From NCBI GenBank assembly GCA_051294375.1, contig CM119263.1:22056494-22120493 (forward strand): DNA of 64,000 bases, given 5' to 3'. Shown one piece after another: positions 1 through 12,488 of this stretch (the first letter of the stretch is position 1; every line of letters begins with the position of its first letter). This DNA comes from Paraspadella gotoi (taxonomy: Eukaryota > Animalia > Chaetognatha). A program made the translations under genes and the position numbers. A model generated the notes under the pieces. That model was not told the DNA's origin and did no database searches. It worked only from the letters and a program-made list of their open reading frames with translations.

Positions 1-1272
1 TGGCTTCCAAAACAAGTCGCTATTTCTGAACAGTTGATTCTTTTCTCGATTGACAACGACGATCGTCGCTCGACGAGGCAGCGCCCGACCGTAGCCCAGC
101 CGAAAGTCGCAGACGGCGCCGAGCATCAGCACAGCATCGGCCTCCTTCAGCGCCTGGCGCCGCTTTTGGCGTACCTGAACGGCGCTGTCGCGCCCGAGAA
201 GCCCGCGGCTCATACCGCCCAAGAAGCAAGGAATACCTAACTTCTCGAGGTTGCCGGCGAGATTCTCGAGAGGAGTCGGCGGGAGGGTTACTTGACTTCC
301 GAGAAGAATCACGGGACGTTTGGCGGCGCTGAGGAGATCCACCGCCCGCTGAACCTCCTTCGTCGACGCCAGCGGCGGCTTGATGACGAAAGGCGCGACG
401 TTGACATCGTCGAAACCCCCGGCGAACAGGGAGTTGAGGTGGTAGCGGAGGTACAAGTCGACGAGCCGCTGGAGAAGCGACTTGGAGGATGATGACGATG
501 GTCCCTTCGCCTCCCGCTCCACAAGACTGTATTTGTAAAGGACGTCGATGGGCAACTCGACGAAGACGGGACCAGGGGTGCCGCCGAGCGCTTTTTCTAC
601 AGCGCGTCGCACTGTCGGCACGATATCGCGCACGCGTCGAACAGACGCCGTCCACTTGCATACCGAAGACATCACCGACAGCTGGTCGATGTCCTGCAGC
701 GCGCCGCGGCCCTTCAGCAGCGTCGCCGCGGCCCCCGCTAGGAGTAGCACGGGGGATTCCGCCATCTGGGCGTTCTTCATCGCCGTGACGGCGTTGGTAA
801 GGCCAGGGCCGGCCGTTACGGCAGCCACGCCCACCCCGCCCGACAGTCGGCCAACGGCGTCGGCGGCGAAGACGGCCGTCGCCTCGTGACGCGTGTCCAC
901 GACGCGAATGCCCGCGTTCTCGCAGGCGACGAGAATCGGGGAAATGTGGCCGCCGACGAGGGTGAAGACATGACGGACGCCGGCCGCTTGGAGGACCTTC
1001 AAAAAGAAAATTTTATCTTGAATGTATATTGTATAACGATTAGCATTCTCTATTTTATAATTACGATTGATACAATATTTTTATTGATCACAAGTTAAAA
1101 GTTTTGACGGTTGACTTTTTTCTCCAACCTGAGCGACCAACTCTCCGCCGTGACTGGAGGAGTGAGGATCCGCCGGTTTGAAGATGATATAGTAGAGATT
1201 AAACTTATCCACCGCCAGCCACACCAGGAATCCCAACACGGCCGTCGATAGCATCAGCCACGCCGGATCCAT
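1..1272 (-). CDS. ILVBL: Acetolactate synthase-like / 2-hydroxyacyl-CoA lyase 2 (TPP enzyme), 5' part. Exon 1 1272-1129; exon 2 from 996 runs past the window start
   Basis: Exon 1 MDPAWLMLSTAVLGFLVWLAV...HGGELVAQ (N-terminal membrane anchor), GT..AG intron, then VLQAAGVRHVFTLVGGHISPILVACENAGIRVVDTRHEATAVFAADAVGRLSG...AVTAGPGLTNAVTAMKNAQMAESP...GPVFVELPIDVL...LGIPCFLGGMSRGLLG...DFRLGYG. These are typical TPP-enzyme motifs, and the frame stays open to the window edge. Confidence 0.92.
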
Positions 1273-3229
1273 CGCGTGATCTTCAAATTACCAACGGTAA
1301 AGCGGTGCGGACAATTACTCGAGGCTCTTTGTAAACCACAGGAATCACTGTAAAATTTTTTTATGAAGCGTTAAAGCTTACAGATCCGCATTCTAATTCT
1401 TTTAAAGAAATTCTTTTCGTACCTTCGAATCTTAAATTACGGCGAGATAAAGCGAGAGCCAAGTTCAAGGTTCAGTCTTCCGTTTCTAGATTTATGAATG
1501 TGGTCTTAGTTAAAGACACAAAATAACGAGCAATCATAATTAAATCCAGAGCACTATTTCTTAAAACGAAGTGTGTCACTGTCGCTCATCTCTCAATCAG
1601 TCGAGTTTATTCCTAAAATTCGTTCAAATGAAATCTAGCAACAATTTTTACCTAACTGCTTCCTAGGGAATGAAGCAGTGTATCACCGGGCCGTCCAATG
1701 AACAGGCTTGGCTTGGAGAACGATGTTTTTCTCCCCGAGATCTTTCATTTTAGTTCGTTTTCCGCTGAGTCATTTTTTCCACGTCGAACATAAGATCATC
1801 CGCGTCGACGATTTCCGTTGACGAAAAACCTCGCAGCGCCGTAAATTTACTCTCTCGGCAATCGAGGAACTACGAATCTAATGAGACATTAGCGAAGTCG
1901 AACAAGAGAGCATCCTCCGTACTTGCGGGGCGGCAGACTATCGCTGCAGGAAAGCTGCGAAGCTGCGGCGGCTTAGAAACTGCTGGGCGCAGTCTGACAT
2001 TTTGAATTGATTTCGTCGCAGTTAAGAGAACAGTTTCGTTCTTGGGATGAGTTGAAAATCGAAGACTCGATCGAGAAACACCGGAGGTAAACTTCTTCGA
2101 ATGTTTGTTCGATAAAGTGCGACCTGCGCCTCTCGGGAGGTTGTTATTGTTGTAGTTACGTAAGCAAATCTGAAGGATGAAGCCTCAAGGCAAGGACGCT
2201 TTTAAACGACAGAAAAATGATGTCAGCCTTATGGCTTGTTTTTTTAAATTTCGTACAAGTTTGAATTATTTTAAGTATTGAAAGCAGCTTGCAGTGTAGT
2301 TTGTTGTAAAACCTAATTAAAGCTTCAAGAAGATTGCGCCGACTACAGCCATGAACTTGAAGGGCTTCTCGTTTTTATAGTTTTTTTCCTGTTAACTGCA
2401 GTTAATTTACGAAAGTACTGGTAATCTTTTTATTATGAAAATTATTAGATAAAAGCGCGTCAAAAACCATTTAAATTCTTAACATGATTGAATGCAGATT
2501 CAACGTCAAAATGTTCCTCGTTGTCGTCAGCCTATGAGCTATCACCTTTTCTCTCTTCGTTATTCTTGGCGGCGTTTGCCTCGACTTTGTCACTTTCTCC
2601 CCGTCTCACGTCTCACGTCTCTTCACTCTTTTCTTCTCTTTCTATATTTTTTAATAAAACTCACGGAGTTGCTCCCGCCACTCTCCGCATCTATCGATAA
2701 ATTACCATTTCTCGTTCAACCCTGTCTTCTGAGATGAATCGAAATGACTGTCATCTAATCGGAAATTAGCTGCAGAATTTCAAAATCGAAAAGATGAAAA
2801 ATGTTTCCCCTGCGTCGGCCTTTCTTTTCTTTCTTTCATACTTTCCTTTTCTTTCTACCTAGCCATCTCACCAATCCTTAACTGTCTTCCCTCACGCGCC
2901 TCCGTGACTGGACGGTCTCACGGCCTAGCGCGCGATTCACGGTTTTTTTTCCTTCCGCCAGAATCCAAAGCGATCGCGTTCTTTTCGCGCAAAATGCCAC
3001 GTGCGTCTTGTCTGTCAGTCGCGCGCGCGCCCGCACTCGGAGCAGCCCGTCCCGGCAGCGCCGCGGCTGACGCGGCGGGAAAAACGCTTTTCGGTCGTGC
3101 GATTTTTAGCGGATTGGAGCACGCGAAACGAGGGCGAGAGAGAGAGAACAGGGGAGAAGCGCGCGCGTGGGAATCGAAAAGAGGGGGCGGAAGAAAATTG
3201 TTAGGGAGTGAGAGAGAAGAGAGAGAAAG

Positions 3230-3289
<60 letters not shown>

Positions 3290-6200
3290 AGGACGACGGA
3301 GAAAAGTCGCGAAAAAAAAAAGCTGCAGCGGACCCGCGACGACGACGACGACGCCGCCGCTCAGAACCGACGCGGAACGAGAGACCGATTCCGATCGAAG
3401 GAGGACAAGTATAGGGGTTTAAACTGGAGTCCTAGGGAGGAGAAGGGAGATGGCGAAGGGGGGGCGTCTTTCGAAGACGGCGGGACGTAAAACGTACTGC
3501 GCCGTCGAGAACGAATCCGCGCTCTTCCACTTTCCTTCTCTCGCTGAATTTCCGGGGACCGGAAGCGGGATAGAGATTTCTGCGTCGCGGCAGTTTTGGT
3601 GCGAGGAATCCGTGGAGACGGGAGTCGGCTCATATTATGGGATCGTCGAACCTTTTTTACAATATAAAATAAAGCCATTACAATTAAGTTTTTAGAGTCG
3701 ACTATTACAATTACCGTTATTACGTTCATAGATTACTACAGTGGAGTCATTCATGCAAACGACTTATTGAGGGAAAACTGTCCTCGTTCAAGTTTTTCAT
3801 TTTCCTTATTTCGTAAATGGAATCATATTTTTTTTCGAACGATCAACGGAATAGTAGACTCAGGGATAGTCTTTTAACCTGAATTAAGTTACAAACCCAA
3901 ATCGCACTATGTTATCCTTATGATATAAATAATCACGTCTTCCACGCTTGTTTCCCGCGAAAGCAATCTCAAACAACCATGACCCAAGAAAAGACAACGC
4001 TCTGGAATTCAAGGAAGAAAACCCCGACGTTTTGCTTGATCCGCAAAGTCGTTTCTGTCGATACTTCATCCTCTCTTCCCGTTTTCTCTTATCGCGAGGG
4101 AAGCGTAATCCCGGGCAAGACGAGTGCGGTTATACAAAACATCGGTAAAACCGGGGATCAGAGAAATATAAAAATAACTTCTTTATAGTACACTGCGGCG
4201 CAAAAAAAAAGTAGCTTTAAATTCCTCACTATTTCTTAATTAATTTAAAAAAAAACATGAAAAGTATAGCTTTTTTAATTGGTTCAGGCAGTAGAATCTA
4301 GCAATTTTTTAAAGTCAGAGTCTGAAAACGGATCCTGTAAAATTCAGGCATCCAATACGGTTTTTTCGATGTGAAAAAAATATTACTACAATTTAGTTTC
4401 GGAGAGAAAGGAAGATTTTATAATTTTAAATGTCGACGTTACTTTAAAAATTACATTTTTCTAGTGTAATCTGTAAGAATTTATTTTCCCATCGTTACCG
4501 AATCATAAACATAAACTAATCAAACTAAATACAATAAAATCCATTAAAAATAAGATGCCATTTCCCAATCCTAGTAATTGCTTACGTGGCGCTGGATACG
4601 ACTGGTCGTAGCCTCGGAAATGGTTTTACGAAGAAAAAAAAAAACAAAAAAAACGAGACCCACTAAATCTAGAGCTCGGAGGCAGCGACGACGACGACGA
4701 CGACGAGAACTACGACGACATCCCCGGTAGTGAAACCAGAGTCATCAATCATACGACCATTCCCCTCAGCCCTGCCGTCAATTTCCTCTCGAGGCCGACC
4801 GGGGTCTTAAGATGAGAAATGAAAATTTGGTTTATTTTAAGCGCAATGGTCAAATTTTATATAATATTCAAATGTTCAAAATACAGCATGTAAGAATAGA
4901 AGGATCACCATTTGGTGATGGCTCGCCTATACCTGGATATTGGGATTAAAAAGCCGAAATCCATGAGGGTTATAGGTTCCCAACTGATGACCTTTCTATT
5001 TTACTTTAAAAATTATAAAAAAATATAAATATATTTTAACATATTCTTTAAAATTACATTTGAAATATAAAGGTGCCCCGACAATGTAGCCTAATCCTTA
5101 TTATAAAAACAATCATACAATATAACCTTAATCCCCCCAAAAATTATCCATTCCCCACCTTTTTGTTCGGCCTTGTAGATATTATGAATTTCTCATTAAT
5201 GATTTTCTCACAGGAATGATGTACGATATCTATTAAAAAACTGGAACATAAATAATATTAATAATATTCTATTTAAATATTTAACACAAAAATATTTTAA
5301 CAAATAAATGAAATCATAAATAATAGTTATTTTAAATTAAAATAATAAAATAAATAGAAAAGAAATAAATAACTAAAGATAGTGAAATAAGTAATTTTGC
5401 AACTTTCATAAGAAAACATAACAGCTACCTTATCCTAACTAGGTAAAATGACTGTGTCACTCAACAGTGAAACTCACACCGCGTTGATTTAATCCTTCGC
5501 ATTTTCTCGCATTTTCTTCGATATCGAGTTTTTTGAGAATTGAGCAATCCCCGAAAAACAGTTCCGAACTTCTGTGCGGCGGTCGAATCTGATTCAGAAC
5601 GAAAAGGGGAAAACTCGAAAATAGAATTTCGTTACTTTCTTCTCGCCCAAATTAGGATAAAATTTAAAATATATACAATGCCTGATTGCAAATATAAAAT
5701 TATATTTAGCTATATATGATAGAATTGATTAAAAAATTAAAATTATTTAGGAACGCTATTTTAAGAGATGAAATTAGATTGGTTTTCCGGCTTTAAAAGC
5801 AATTCCGGGAAATGCAAAGCCCTCATTCACTCTGGCCTTTTCTCCGCCTTTCCGATGCCGAGAGAGGGAAGCGAGCGACGTCCGACTGACGGCTTATGTT
5901 GATATGGAAAAAACACCAGTGCTTAGAAATTTTCAGCGCGGAGAAGACTGTTGATTCTCCTCCGGCACGAGATCATACGGGCGGCCGACGAACGGGCGTG
6001 GCAGCAGGCCGGTGGCGGGACCGCGGCAAGGCGTCTGGAGGCAAAATGGGACAGACGAGGCGGGATTCTGGCCGGTTGGATGGGGAGGGGTCAAAAACAC
6101 AGATGGGCGTGGTCGAAGAAGAGGGAGATAACGTAACGGACTAGTAGAGCTAAAGTACAGTAGACCGGCGGAAATAAAAACGCAACACATGTAATCCGGA

Positions 6201-7576
6201 AGAAATTGGCTCGGAAAGATTGAGACTGCTCTAATTTTTAAAGCTGAATTCAAATTCACTTAAAATTAACTTTTATTTATTTAATAGTTTACTTTAAATT
6301 AACTTCTTTTTTTTTTAATCGTCAAGAGAAACTAAGATCGACGATAACACCTTGACAGTTCTTTTTAACTGGGATTCACCCCCCCCCACCCGCTTATACT
6401 AAAATCCAACAAATTGTTATTCGTCGCAATGTCCGCTATGGTCCTCCAAATTGTTTTCAACTCCCCCTTCTCCATCCCCCCCCCCTCTTCGCACCGATTG
6501 AGCGGCGATCAGCGCCAAAGCGTGCGGAACCGCCGTGGCGGGCGACGAGCGACGCCGCCAGCGGGCGACATCTCTAACGCCTAACTCCCACCCATCACCC
6601 CACTGACGTCACCGGACGAACGAAGTCACGTGACTCGTCAGAGGCATCAACGCGCGCTCGCTCGGCGTTCGTCTTCCGCGAGCGCGCGCGCTCAAGAATG
6701 AAAAGAGTGAAGAGAGAGAGAGAGAGACACGGGCCGGTTGGTTTCGCTGTCAGTTCACCTCTACCCCTCACCACATTCCAACCGACTTTACTTATCATCG
6801 CCAGGGCTAAAAAGGTTCACTAGGGAAGAAAATCTCGAGAACCGACTGGAATTTGAGAGCGAGCGGACATTGAGAAAAGGAAAATGGCGGAAGAGAGGAC
6901 GACTAATCCGCGACAGATGGAACGATGAAAAGAAAGTCAAAGTGAGAGTGTTGTGTCTACAAAATGGTCTGTTTTTTCATTTTAATTCCATAAAATAAGA
7001 GTATTTCACTTCGGTGAATGGGTTTCAAGTTAGGATTTAGCAAAATTAAAATTTGAAACGTAAATTTAAAATATTTAACAAACAAATTTAAAGACATTCA
7101 CATCGTTCATTCCTAAATAATGATAAAGAGCTAACTATCGATACCGAGGCTTTTGCTTTCGCCATTGTTTCCTTCAGTTCATTTGATTCATTAGTTCCAA
7201 TCCTGATAATCGCTTTATCTCTCTCTTTTGTCCACTTAATAGTTTCACAATTATAACTCGAACTGTCGAAGGGACTGGGAAATATTCTGAAAGAGAAAAC
7301 AAACGGATTAACTGCGTGCAAATTCTGTTTTAAATGATAGTTCGAAACAAAATTATGAAAATTAAAACAGGATATGTCATACAATATTCTAAAATACACC
7401 CATCGTTCAACGGTAACTATAGGAGGAAAAAAGTGGTCGCCCTAAATCTATATAGTTAGTAAGTTTTTATTAAGGTAAGCATTCTCTATACGAGTTATGA
7501 CGTTTTTAAAGAATATTTGCAATTTCATTTTTCATTACTCGACGCTTTTTTTTTTTTTTTAAATCAATGTAAAAAG

Positions 7577-10045
7577 TCAAATTGCTTCCAAATCCTTGTA
7601 TTTGAGTTGCAACACTTGAATCTGTCTATAGATTTTCAACGCTGGTCCCAGTTTCAGTCCCATCGACGACAGCACATCCTGACGCTTCAGCAAGAGCGCC
7701 GCTCGGCCGTCGATGTCTTGGTCGACGAAGACGCGCGCCTCCGACTCTGAGAATCCGCGCGTCTCAAAGTATTTAAAGAGCTCCTCAGGAGACCAACCGC
7801 GCGCGTCTGGCGTCTCCTCCATTTTTGTCGGCGGCACCTCGAGAAACTCTTGGAAAGACTTAAAGATGCTCCACTGGGCGTGGACATAGGTCGCTGGGTG
7901 GACGGGCCCCAGATCCGTGCCCGGCGGGCATTGAAGGTGCAAATTTTCGGGAAAGGGCCGCCCGGGGGTTTGCACGAAATGTTCCGACCCGTCACGGGCG
8001 GAAATCCAGCCGTAGCGGGCTGAATCGGCGGCAGAGGTTGAAGCCGGGGCGACATCGTCGTCGGCGACACGTTCTCGGCACTCTTCAGCGCCGACGCAGC
8101 CTTGGCACACCCATTTTCCTACGGGCTTGTCGGCGACAGGGGGAAAGTGGCAACTCTTGTGGTAAGCCTTGTCGCAGGCCTCGCAGACGAGCAAGGGGTC
8201 GGCCCGTCCGGGGTCGTTGCACTCACGGCACGTTTTGCAGTCGATGCATTGCCAGGGCCCGCCCTCTCGCACCTTGGCGGCCAACAGCGGGCTAAAGTCC
8301 ATACATGAGGGGTGAGCACGCGCACCGCAATCTTTGCACGCCAAGAGCTCTTCGGCGACTCCGTCTTTATTGGCGGCGGGAGTGAGACCGCAGTAATCGC
8401 AGCGGATCGAGGAAGCCAGGATAATGGAGGAGGGCGTGGCGGCGGGAGAAGCGGTGGGCGTCTGGGGGGAGGCGAGGAAGACGGCGGTGGGCGAAAGGGA
8501 AGTCATGGCCGAGTTGAAAGGAAGTTGAAGGGGGTGGCCGATAAAGCGAGCGGGAGGTGTGGACGGAGAGGCCGCCACGAACCCAGCGTGGACGAATCCG
8601 CCAGAAATCGGGACCCCGTGTTCCGTCTTAACTTTTTTAATCATCTCGGCTGCCGAGTCAGTCTCAAAAGAATGCGGCCTCTTCTTGCCGGAGGAGGAGG
8701 CGGCGGCGAAGCCCATCGGCGCGATCGCGCCGTGGAAGACGTTCTTGTTAGCGTCGGAGCCAGAGCCGTTAGCGGCGGCGGCGGCGATGGAGGGCGAGAG
8801 GGACGAGGAGGAGGACATGGAGGATAAAGACGCCGATCGTTGAAGCGTCGGCGGACCCGCGAAGTTCACGAGCGCTTGTTGAGGGACCCCGGCGCGGTTG
8901 AACGCCACGGGAACGGTGACCATGCAGGCGGACAGGTCGGCCGCGTTGACCGGCTTCAGCGCGGACAAAGTCGTCCGCGTCTTCTCGTAGGTGACCACGG
9001 GGCCGCGCCCGTTCAAGTCGCCGGTCGCGGACGAGGCCGTCGTCGAGGAGAGCGCCGCGGCGCCAGCGACGAAGTTGCCGCCATTATTACCGGAGCCGGA
9101 AATCTTGGAGATTCCGTCCGCGGTTCTCGCCACCGCGGGAATAATGGTGGCAGTCGCAGGGACCGCGATCATGCGGGAGGCGGGATTAGGGGCGTTGTTG
9201 TTATTATTCGAGGTAAAGGGGTTGTTGTTCTCGGGGCTGAGGTCGCTTTTTTGGGGGCTGCTATCCTCGATCCTGTCCTTGAGTCTCTTCTTCACGGGGG
9301 CGTTGGGGTTTTGGACGTAGTTTCCATTGGCCAGCTTGATTATTCTTTCGTACTCCATCTCGCGAGCGAGAATGAGTTTCAACTTATTCTTGGTCAACGG
9401 AGAACCTAAATCCTTGAGCATAAGAAAATGCTCGAGTTCATCTGCCGAGGCGCCGATGTCCTCGTCATCGCCGAATGAGTCCACCGGAGGCGGGACCCCT
9501 TCCGCCCCGCCCGAACTCGATGTTCCCGTCCCGGTCGCCGTCCCCTTTTCTGCCCCACCAACGTTGCCCGTGTGCGACTCCTCTTCCTCTTTCACCTCCC
9601 CTCCGCTAAGCCGGTCTCCTCCTCCTCCTCCGCAGCTTGAACCGCTCGCCGCGGCGGAGCCGCTCGCAGCGGCCGAGGCTTGCTGCTTGGTTTGCGCTTG
9701 TTGTAATGCCCCTCTGACTGTCGCGGCTTGTCTTTTCGCTTCCATTATAGTCCGAATCCCTTGACCGACGTAACGTCGTATTTTGTCCCCCTTCCCGGGA
9801 AAGGCTCCGAGCTGAGTCCGCTTCCATTTGGCGGCGTTTCGGTACGAGGTGCTCCCTTTGTACTGAACTTCGAGAACGATTTCCTGTTGAACGAGTATAT
9901 TGAGTTCACGCGCGACTTCCGCGTTGGAGACGCCGTGTTTTCGCTCCACCATGTGCGAGATGCGATCGAGATCCGGACGAGCTTTCCGCTTGCGCAGAGA
10001 GTCGATTGTCTCCAGGATGATCTCTCGATATTTAGGGTTCGACAT
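7577..10045 (-). CDS. Intronless 822-aa SAMD1/atherin-like chromatin protein: SAMD1/KAT6-type winged helix, second WH/H15-like segment, double PHD finger, C-terminal SAM domain
   Basis: N-terminus YREIILETIDSLRKRKARPDLDRI...YKGSTSYRNA (SAMD1/KAT6 WH). Tandem PHD CDYC...CKDC...HPSC...WQCIDCKTCREC...CEACDKAYHKSC...WVCQGC. SAM domain WSPEELFKYF...IDGRAALLLKRQDVLSSMGLKLGPALKIY. Confidence 0.9.
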   Translation of the reverse strand: MSNPKYREIILETIDSLRKRKARPDLDRISHMVERKHGVSNAEVARELNILVQQEIVLEVQYKGSTSYRNAAKWKRTQLGAFPGKGDKIRRYVGQGIRTIMEAKRQAATVRGALQQAQTKQQASAAASGSAAASGSSCGGGGGDRLSGGEVKEEEESHTGNVGGAEKGTATGTGTSSSGGAEGVPPPVDSFGDDEDIGASADELEHFLMLKDLGSPLTKNKLKLILAREMEYERIIKLANGNYVQNPNAPVKKRLKDRIEDSSPQKSDLSPENNNPFTSNNNNNAPNPASRMIAVPATATIIPAVARTADGISKISGSGNNGGNFVAGAAALSSTTASSATGDLNGRGPVVTYEKTRTTLSALKPVNAADLSACMVTVPVAFNRAGVPQQALVNFAGPPTLQRSASLSSMSSSSSLSPSIAAAAANGSGSDANKNVFHGAIAPMGFAAASSSGKKRPHSFETDSAAEMIKKVKTEHGVPISGGFVHAGFVAASPSTPPARFIGHPLQLPFNSAMTSLSPTAVFLASPQTPTASPAATPSSIILASSIRCDYCGLTPAANKDGVAEELLACKDCGARAHPSCMDFSPLLAAKVREGGPWQCIDCKTCRECNDPGRADPLLVCEACDKAYHKSCHFPPVADKPVGKWVCQGCVGAEECRERVADDDVAPASTSAADSARYGWISARDGSEHFVQTPGRPFPENLHLQCPPGTDLGPVHPATYVHAQWSIFKSFQEFLEVPPTKMEETPDARGWSPEELFKYFETRGFSESEARVFVDQDIDGRAALLLKRQDVLSSMGLKLGPALKIYRQIQVLQLKYKDLEAI

Positions 10046-11256
10046 TGCGACGACGACAGTGACGGCGCTGGCGCGGAGACGAGGCGGAGAATGCGTGAAA
10101 AAGTCGACTACGAACAGGGGACTAAGTTAAAATCGGAGGTGTAACGGCGGCAGGCGGACTTCCGTCGCGTAGACTCGCATTTCTTGGCGAGAGGGTTTTT
10201 CGCAAAACTTTCATGCAGCCACTGAAAGGGCAGCTCTTCTCTGTCGCTCTCTCTATCTCTTCACGCACGGTTTGTGCGTCGTAAATCCTCCGCTTCTCGA
10301 GCCGCGGCGCTGCCGACGTTGCATCGGAAGGTTCGGAGCCTCAGTCTCGGAAACGGAGATGATAGTGTCGAACAAAAGGCAGCGATTTTCTGAAGGAGTC
10401 TGGCAAGAAAAAAAAATATTATTAATCAAAGTAAGGGAGTAAAAAATATTTATTTCTATTTTCGTAAAAAAATGAAAAGTCATTGTCTTTTGGTTTCAAT
10501 TACTATTTGTAATGAAACCAAAAGTCAAAGTTGATAAAAAGCATGAGCGGTTTTTTAGTCACACAATTGTTAAAAAAATTTTTAACGCTTTTTCAAGATA
10601 AAATTAAGACGAGCATAAATATTAGCTTTTTTTTTCATTTAGTGTGTTACCTTTTGCGGCGAAATAGTATCGTCAGAGAGTTACGAGAATTCCCTTCTAT
10701 TTACTGTCGATTCACACACGAGAAATTCTCGAGCTGCGCAGAGGCTTCGGTCACGTGACTTGTATTTCGAATTTTGACTGAATTCTGCGAGAGCGATGAT
10801 GACGTCATCGACTCACGCATTTTCTTCGTTTTCGCGATTTTCACGATGACGACGAAGTACAGGGTAAAGTTCGGATATGATAAATATGTAGGAAAAAGCT
10901 TATATATGAGATTTGACAAATATTATATCTGACATTGAGGTGTTTTGTTTTTTTTTCAATAGATTGTCGACATTTTTTCTCTTCTTCCTCAAAGAAACAG
11001 GCGATGTTCCTTTGTTGGTAGAACATATGAGAAGACCGGATGGGATGCACGATGTGATCGGTCTCTATTTCGAGCAAAAAGCTGAGAGAAGCCGATCCGG
11101 TTTGGACGTAATTAGATACACATTACATAAGTTGAAACTTAATAGTTTAATCTCGAAATTAAAGATTAGCTAATGCAACATATCCTTAAGAATATTTTAA
11201 AACGTATCATAATGATAATCCCGGTTCAACTTCATTTTTTTTTATTAAAAAATTTG

Positions 11257-11328
11257 TGCGTCAGCGGGGAATCGAACCCCGATCAACTGCTTGGAAGGCA
11301 ACTATGCTAACCATTACACCACTGACGC
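11257..11328 (-). tRNA. tRNA-Gly(TCC), copy 1
   Basis: GCGTCAGTGGTGTAATGGTTAGCATAGTTGCCTTCCAAGCAGTTGATCGGGGTTCGATTCCCCGCTGACGCA: cloverleaf, A/B boxes, downstream T-run terminator. Confidence 0.96.
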
Positions 11329-11558
11329 TTCTTATCAGGCCTTCAATTTTTAAAACTAGTATTTTATAATATATATATATATACAATAAGTTTATTGAAT
11401 TAAGTGAAAGTTCTACATATCTTCATATAAATCTTTATTAGGATTGAAAAATAATTAAATTACTTCAAAAGGAAGCGATGCTTACCATATTTTATAGCCA
11501 AGTTCATTTGTGATTTTTAGGAAATAAATAATTTCAAGTGGAATTGAGAGTAAAAAAG

Positions 11559-11630
11559 TGCGTCAGCGGGGAATCGAACCCCGATCAACTGCTTGGAAGG
11601 CAACTATGCTAACCATTACACCACTGACGC
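11559..11630 (-). tRNA. tRNA-Gly(TCC), copy 2 (identical to copy 1)
   Basis: Same 72-nt sequence with different flanks, followed by TTTTTT. Confidence 0.96.
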
Positions 11631-12488
11631 CGGTTCTTATAAATATGTTCGCGTTTTATTTAATAAATAGGGGCTGTAATAACAAAATCATGCACTTCGT
11701 GTCGATAATTTATGTCTGCTTGATGACGAGAACTTTCGTCTAATTAACTAGTTATTATCTTATCATGTTATCTATCTAATTAATGGAAATACTGGCTTCC
11801 CTGTTTTCTCCTTTCAATTAAAATAAAAATTATAAGAATAATAAACATTATAAATCTCGTCAACAGTTAAAAAATTCCATATTCACGCTAAAAATAGTAA
11901 ACAAAATAAAGTAATCTGTAACGCAAATCCCGTACCATTAAGCTCATTTTTTTTTCTTTTAAACATACTTAACTCATACGCGATACATGGAAGTTTCATT
12001 GTAATAAATTAGTATTAAAAATCCTTAAAATTTGAAGAAGTACGTAAAAATGTACTATTAAGCTTCGCCCTATTCATTTGATCGTTATGCACATACATTA
12101 TACACAATCGTTAAAGTTTAACTTTTGCGAGGTTGATAAACTATTGATAGTGAATCATGGTGCGTCATTACGTTTGTGGAAAAAAATACTTCAGTTGTGC
12201 GGGGGTCAGTCACGGAAATGAAGTCCTGGCAAGGTGGTTAGAAGCTAAAAAATATAGTTTTTTTTTTTTCAAATACGGATTCAAAATATTTACAAAAAAA
12301 GTTATCACAGAAAAATAAATTTTTATTAAAAATAGAGACTATAACTTTAATTGTAGACTAGTAAACGAGAAGGTTGATGCTTTGTCCTAATAAATATCGG
12401 AATGATCGACTCTTCCTTGGAGACCCTGATTTAATCGTCACTACTACTTATCCTTCTCTCCTTGCGTCCGAATGTCCAGTGTCCGATC

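Noticed and set aside
20-889. Several listed ORFs (e.g. 20-661 minus, 548-889 plus)
   Set aside because: Alternative frames or antisense of the ILVBL exon; the true frame runs off the window and has no frameshift
1700-2130. GC-richer stretch upstream of ILVBL that might be an exon
   Set aside because: No recognisable peptide or consistent splice model in the frames I read
2904-3729. ORFs in a CpG-rich, promoter-like region
   Set aside because: Driven by (AG)n and GC-rich low complexity; no domain similarity
4948-4996. GAAA...CTGATGA arrangement resembling a type II hammerhead or C/D snoRNA
   Set aside because: Stems I and II do not pair properly and there is no clean C box
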